Shown: piece after piece, positions 8,699-12,971 of the stretch | Numbering within the stretch: position 1 is the stretch's first letter | How the letters are laid out: every line of letters starts with the position of its first letter | Notes under the pieces: model-generated | The model's database searches: none | Told to the model about the DNA's origin: nothing | Seen by the model: only the letters and a program-made list of their open reading frames with translations | Translations under genes and position numbers: made by a program | From: Octopus sinensis | Lineage: Eukaryota | Direction: 5' to 3' | Length of the DNA stretch: 12,971 nt | Assembly: GCF_006345805.1 (NCBI RefSeq) | Contig: NW_021826897.1 | Coordinates: forward strand, 1 to 12,971

Positions 8699-8751
8699 AT
8701 GATTTATATGTGTGTGTTAAACAGTTCTGATATTCAGATATACATACATAT
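8699..8751. repeat. 53-bp inverted repeat, right copy (partner at 6928-6980)
   Basis: 52/53 match to the reverse complement of 6928-6980. Confidence 0.9.
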
Positions 8752-8755
8752 ATAT

Positions 8756-8870
8756 GCCTTTCATTCTTTCGGAGTCGATAAATTAAGTACCAGTTGCGTA
8801 CTGGGGTCGATCTAATCAACTGCCCCCCCCTCCAAAAATTTCAGTCCTTGTGTCTAGAGTAGAAAAGAAT
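8756..8870 (+). mobile_element. 3' half of an octopus-type SINE
   Basis: GTCGATAAATTAAGTACCAGTTGCGTACTGGGGTCGATCTAATC...CCTTGTGTCTAGAGTAGAAAAGAA is a recalled abundant octopus SINE 3' region, and it partly matches 5399-5478. Confidence 0.7.
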
Positions 8871-9035
8871 ATATGTATAAATATTTACAGATAAATATGT
8901 GTATACAAATATACACATGTATGCATATACATACATATATACACACACATGTATACATACATATATACACACACATGTATACATATACATACATACACAC
9001 ACATATATACATATACATACATGCACATATATATA
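8871..9035. repeat. Compound (TA)/(TACA)/(CA) microsatellite
   Basis: Direct reading. Confidence 0.9.
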
Positions 9036-9085
9036 TCACCCGTGATAGGTGAAAATCTGCGAAGTAAAAACAGTACTGTACTGTA
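9036..9085. mobile_element. Possible terminal fragment of a Tc1/mariner/pogo-type MITE
   Basis: Ends ...CTG followed by TA, the typical terminus plus TA target site; the body resembles a recalled octopus MITE end. Only one end is present. Confidence 0.35.
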
Positions 9086-9130
9086 TATTTCTTTTATTAT
9101 TTTTATAATTTGTATATATTTATTCTATTA

Positions 9131-9162
9131 CTAGCTGACCATGTGCCGTCAATAATGACGGC
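9131..9162 (-). mobile_element. Helitron 3' terminus
   Basis: On the minus strand, the hairpin GCCGTCA-TTAT-TGACGGC (9162-9145) is followed by 10 nt, then CTAG (9134-9131) and a host T. This is the canonical Helitron 3' signature. Confidence 0.6.
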
Positions 9163-9183
9163 TAACTGTAGTTTTTAATATAT

Positions 9184-9730
9184 AAACAAGAGCACTCAGA
9201 GAGTGCAAACCTCAGCCAAGGCAACATCAACGTCCACTCAAAGATTAGCCAGAGATGATTTTTAACTCAGCTGCTCTCACAAACAAGAATACTAAAAATG
9301 AACCCAACCACTCTCAAAAATTAGGTAAAAAACATGGAAAAATAATCCAGAATCTTTGTTCGGTACCTGATCGATCCTAATGGTAGTTATGGAATGTGAA
9401 TGTGGCTGTAGAAAATTTAGTAAAAGTAATAAATAGGTAATCCTTATCTAAATACAAATTCACCATTCAAAATAGTTACTGCCTAAAGGGAGATAACTGA
9501 GAAAGACTTGAAAGTTAACATAAGATCGTAATCACGCAAAGTAAATATAACAAATAATCCAGAATCCTTCTTAGAGACCAGATTGATCCGAAAATGTAAT
9601 TAGTTCATGCCAAACATTCCTGAAAGTTTCATCTGAATACATCCAGCGGTTCTTGAGATAACTTGTCCAAAGACAAACAAACAAACACGGCTGAAAAAAA
9701 TTCCTCTGCCTTAGCAAAGGCAGGAATAAT
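9184..9730 (-). mobile_element. DINE-1/HINE-like (Helentron-associated) non-autonomous element
   Basis: 5' subterminal repeat with a short inverted repeat (CTGCCTT/AAGGCAG, 9706-9723) followed by a (GTTT)n microsatellite. The 3' end has a related subterminal repeat, a stem-loop (GCACTC/GAGTGC, 9192-9206) and a T-rich terminus. An internal direct repeat AAATAATCCAGAATC is present. Confidence 0.6.
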
Positions 9731-9883
9731 AGAGTATAAAGCAAGATACATAATAATCACACATACACTCATTCACATATTTATGTCATACACACACACT
9801 TATACACTCACACAGAGTTTAAAGGATGATTATTTTTCACCCCTTCCTTTCCCTCATTGCTATTATGTTCTCTCACTACATCT

Positions 9884-10193
9884 CTTCCTAAGGCCAACCA
9901 CTCCGAGAGTGTAGCGGGTGCTTTTACATGCCACCGGCATGTGGGCCAGTCAGGCGGTACTGGCAACGGCCACGCTCAAATGGTGTTTTTACGTGTCACC
10001 TGCACAGGAGCCAAATATGTGGTGCTGTCATCGAATTTGATTTCGATTTCCTTGCCTCAACAGGTTTTTGCAAGCAGAGTTTAGTGTCCAATAGAAGAAA
10101 GGTATGCCTAAGTGGGTTGGTTACACCACTGGTATAGGCCATGGGTCATGGTCTCACTTGGCTTGCCGGGTCTTCTCAAGCACATCATACATC

Positions 10194-10195
<2 letters not shown>
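9884..10195 (-). mobile_element. RTE LINE 3' fragment (ORF end plus 3' UTR), antisense
   Basis: Its reverse complement aligns with ~11385-11875 but has fewer internal tandem units. Confidence 0.85.
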
Positions 10196-10254
<59 letters not shown>

Positions 10255-10698
10255 ATATGTATATATATGTATATATCTATGTGGTATATATAATGTATAT
10301 ATAATATATGTGTATATATATGTTATATATATTGTGTATATATGTATATCTATTGGTATATATATGTATATATATACACATATATATACACATATATATG
10401 TATATATATACACATATATAATATATCACATATATTGTATATATACACATATATATATATACACATATATATGTATATATATACACATATTATATATACA
10501 CATAATATGTATATATATACACATATATATATATATACCTATATATGTATATATATACACATATATACATATATATATGTATACACATATATATATAAAT
10601 ATATATAATATATATATGATACATATACATATATATATATATTATAAATATATATATGTATACATATACATATATAGATAATATACACATAAATATAT
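10196..10698. repeat. ~500-bp (TA)n-based compound microsatellite
   Basis: Direct reading; it is the source of many spurious Y/I-rich ORFs. Confidence 0.95.
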
Positions 10699-10786
10699 GC
10701 CAGTATTATACGATGGATGTGTAATGTCAGTATGCATATTCGACAGAGTGTAAGTACCTTGAGAGAAAAGTTGGACTTCAGGAGCA
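10699..10786 (+). mobile_element. 88-bp RTE ORF fragment
   Basis: Ungapped match to 11097-11184 with 12 mismatches (86% identity). Confidence 0.85.
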
Positions 10787-11998
10787 ATAAACACTGAAAA
10801 TGTGCAGAGAACATCTTCCACTACATTCTAGGGAGAAAAACTAGAAGTAGTTGATAGCTTCCATTACCTAGGTGACCTAGTCAGTAGCAGGTGAGGGTGC
10901 GCTGAAAGTGTAGCTGCTAGATTAAAAATAGCCTGTACAAAGTTCAGAGAGCTCTTACCTCTGCTGGTGACAAAAGGCCTCTCGCTCAGAGTAAAATGTA
11001 TGACTGTATGGCGCATGTGTACGAACAGCCATGGTACACGGCAGTGAAACATGGGCCGTGACTGCTGTGGACATGCGTAAGCTCACAAGGAATGAAGCCA
11101 GCATGCTCCGATGGATGTGTAATGTGAGTGTGCATACTCGACTGAGTGTAAGTACCTTGAGAGTAAAGTTGGACCTAAGAAGCATCAGATGTGGTGTGCA
11201 AGAGAGACAACTGTGCTGGTATGGTCATGTGGCAAGAATGGATGAGGATAGCTGTGTGAAAAAGTGCCACACCCTAGCAGTTGCAGGAACCTGTGGAAGA
11301 GGTAGACCCAGGATGACCTGGGATGAGTTTTCGAACATTAGGCATCACCGAAGCAATGACTAGTGACCAAGACTTTTGGAAATATGCTGTGCTTGAGAAG
11401 ACTCAGCAAACCAAATGAGATCATAACATCGTGGTCTATACCAGGGGTGTAACCAGCCCACTTATGCATACCCTACCTTCATTGGACACTAAACTCTGTT
11501 TGCGAAGATCTGTTGAGGTAAGTGAAATCGAAATCAAATTCGATGACTGGCATCGGTTCTAGTAGAGCACTAAGAGCACCATCCGAGCGTGATCGTTACC
11601 AAAGCGGGTAACTGGCTTCTGTGCCGGTGAGACATAAAATGCACCATTAGAGAGTGATTGTTACCAGCGACGCCTTACTGGCACTTGTGCTGGTGGCATG
11701 TGAAGAAAAATTCGAGCGAGGTCGTTGCCAGTGCCACTGGACTGGCACCTATGCAGCTCGCACGTACATAACAACATTTGAGCGTGACCATTGCCAAAAC
11801 CGCCTGACAGGCACGCGTGCCGGTGGCATGTATAAACCACGTTCACACTCTCGAAGTGGTTGGCATTAGGAAAGGCATCAAGCTCTAAAAATTCTGCCAG
11901 AACAAGATTAGTGATTGGTGCAGCAATCTGGTTCACCAGTCCTCAGTCAAATTGTCCAACTCATGCTCCCATGTGGAAAGCGGATATTCAATTATGAT
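10787..11998 (+). mobile_element. 5'-truncated RTE-clade LINE (end of RT, C-terminal domain, repeat-containing 3' UTR)
   Basis: Encodes LEVVDSFHYLGD (last RT motif), HGSETWAV, WYGHVARM and GRGRPRMTWDE. The 3' UTR has four degenerate ~65-bp units and a decayed (TGA)-type tail. Confidence 0.85.
10841..11418 (+). pseudogene. Disrupted RTE ORF (reverse transcriptase C-terminal part)
   Basis: In-frame stop after LVSSR, a frameshift before MVHGSETW, and a frameshifting deletion after TWDE. The original end ...LGITEAMTSDQDFWKYAVLEKTQQTK* stops at 11416-11418. Confidence 0.8.
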
Positions 11999-12020
11999 AT
12001 ATATACGTATATATATACAC

Positions 12021-12130
12021 GGCCGAAACAGCTGTCAGCTACAATGTAAATGTATTTCTATGTCTTGTTATATTTGTACTATATTAATGTATAATATCAT
12101 TGCTATTATGTAGTGGTCTAATAAAGTATT
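12021..12130 (+). other. Possible truncated Penelope-like terminal repeat with the 3' half of a hammerhead
   Basis: GGCC-GAAAC-AGCT-GTC (12021-12036) has a palindromic loop and a GUC triplet, with AATAAA about 85 nt downstream. The CUGAUGA half is absent. Confidence 0.3.
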
Positions 12131-12235
12131 GATTGGGTATTATCTGAGAGTTGATGATTGATTTAGATATATTCTTTTCTCCATTTTCTCATTTTGTATA
12201 TATATATATTATATATAATACATATATATATACAC

Positions 12236-12786
12236 AAACCTTCTTGTGACACTTGTGAAGGCCTGTTGAGGCAAGTGAAAATCAAATCAAATCAAAACAA
12301 ATCAAAATAGATGAACATCAATGGAATTTGTATCTTTGTGGTACCAGTGCCGGTGGCACACAAGATAACCATCCGACGTGGCCGTAGCCAGTACCGCATC
12401 GACTGCCTCCGTGCTGTGGGCACGTAACAAACACCATCCGATCGTGGCCGTTCGCCAGCCTCATCTGGCACCTGTGTCGGTGGCACATAAAACACCATCC
12501 GAGCGTGGCCGTCTGCCAGCCTCGTCTGGCACCTGTGTCGGTGGCACATAAAAAAAAAACACCATCCGAGCGTGGCTGTTCGCCAGCCTCGTCTGGCACC
12601 TGTGTCGGTGGCACATAAAATCACCCACTACACTCTCGGAGTGGTTGGCGTTAGGAAGGGCATCCAGCTGTAGAAACACTGCCAGATCTGACTGGCCTGG
12701 TGCAGCCTTCGGGCTCCCCAGACCCCAGTTGAACCGTCCAACCCATGCTAGCATGGAAAGCAGACGTTTGATGATGATGATGATGA
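12236..12786 (+). mobile_element. RTE-family 3' UTR copy with intact (TGA)n tail
   Basis: Homologous to 11490-11998 and ends CATGGAAAGCAGACGTT(TGA)6. Confidence 0.85.
12432..12620 (+). repeat. Three near-identical 61-67 bp tandem units inside the RTE 3' UTR
   Basis: Units start at 12432, 12493 and 12560 (CACCATCCGAGCGTGGCCGTTCGCCAGCCTCGTCTGGCACCTGTGTCGGTGGCACATAAAA); a more diverged unit lies upstream. Confidence 0.9.
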
Positions 12787-12971
12787 ATATGTACGTATAT
12801 ATATACATATTCATATATAAATATATACATATACATATATACACATATACAGATATATATACACATACATATATATGCATATATATATATATATATATAC
12901 ACATACATATTATATATACATAAATATACATATATATACATAAAAATACATATATATACATATACCTATAT
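12787..12971. repeat. (TA)/(TACA) compound microsatellite
   Basis: Direct reading; it runs to the window edge. Confidence 0.95.

Noticed and set aside
12432-12620. CRISPR-like appearance of regularly spaced repeats
   Set aside because: The units are contiguous with no unique spacers, the context is eukaryotic, and they lie inside a LINE 3' UTR.
8841-12971. Numerous Y/I/V/C-rich ORFs in the supplied track
   Set aside because: They are translations of (TA)/(TACA) microsatellites or of RTE 3' UTR repeats.

Overview
AT-rich eukaryotic genomic DNA dominated by repeats. The repeat families resemble ones I recall from octopus (coleoid cephalopod) genomes; this is an inference with no database check. 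No complete protein-coding gene is supported, and most of the supplied ORFs are (TA)n microsatellite or LINE-antisense artefacts. The window holds: decayed RTE and CR1/L2-type LINE 3' fragments; SINE fragments; a Helitron 3' end and a DINE-1/HINE-like element; a 2.4-kb nested foldback-MITE complex (2879-5288) with 8-bp target-site duplications (TSDs) and a triplicated ~515-bp unit; and a possible short terminal exon on the minus strand (7478-7524). The most notable feature is a 595-bp near-perfect palindrome (7871-8465). Each arm encodes a complete type I hammerhead ribozyme fold (CUGAUGA...GAAAC-GAUU-GUA with closing stem I), with a poly(A) signal embedded in stem II. This most resembles a head-to-head pair of Penelope-like terminal repeats or a retrozyme. 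Hammerheads in such elements are already known; this locus arrangement and its possible regulatory logic are what merit testing.
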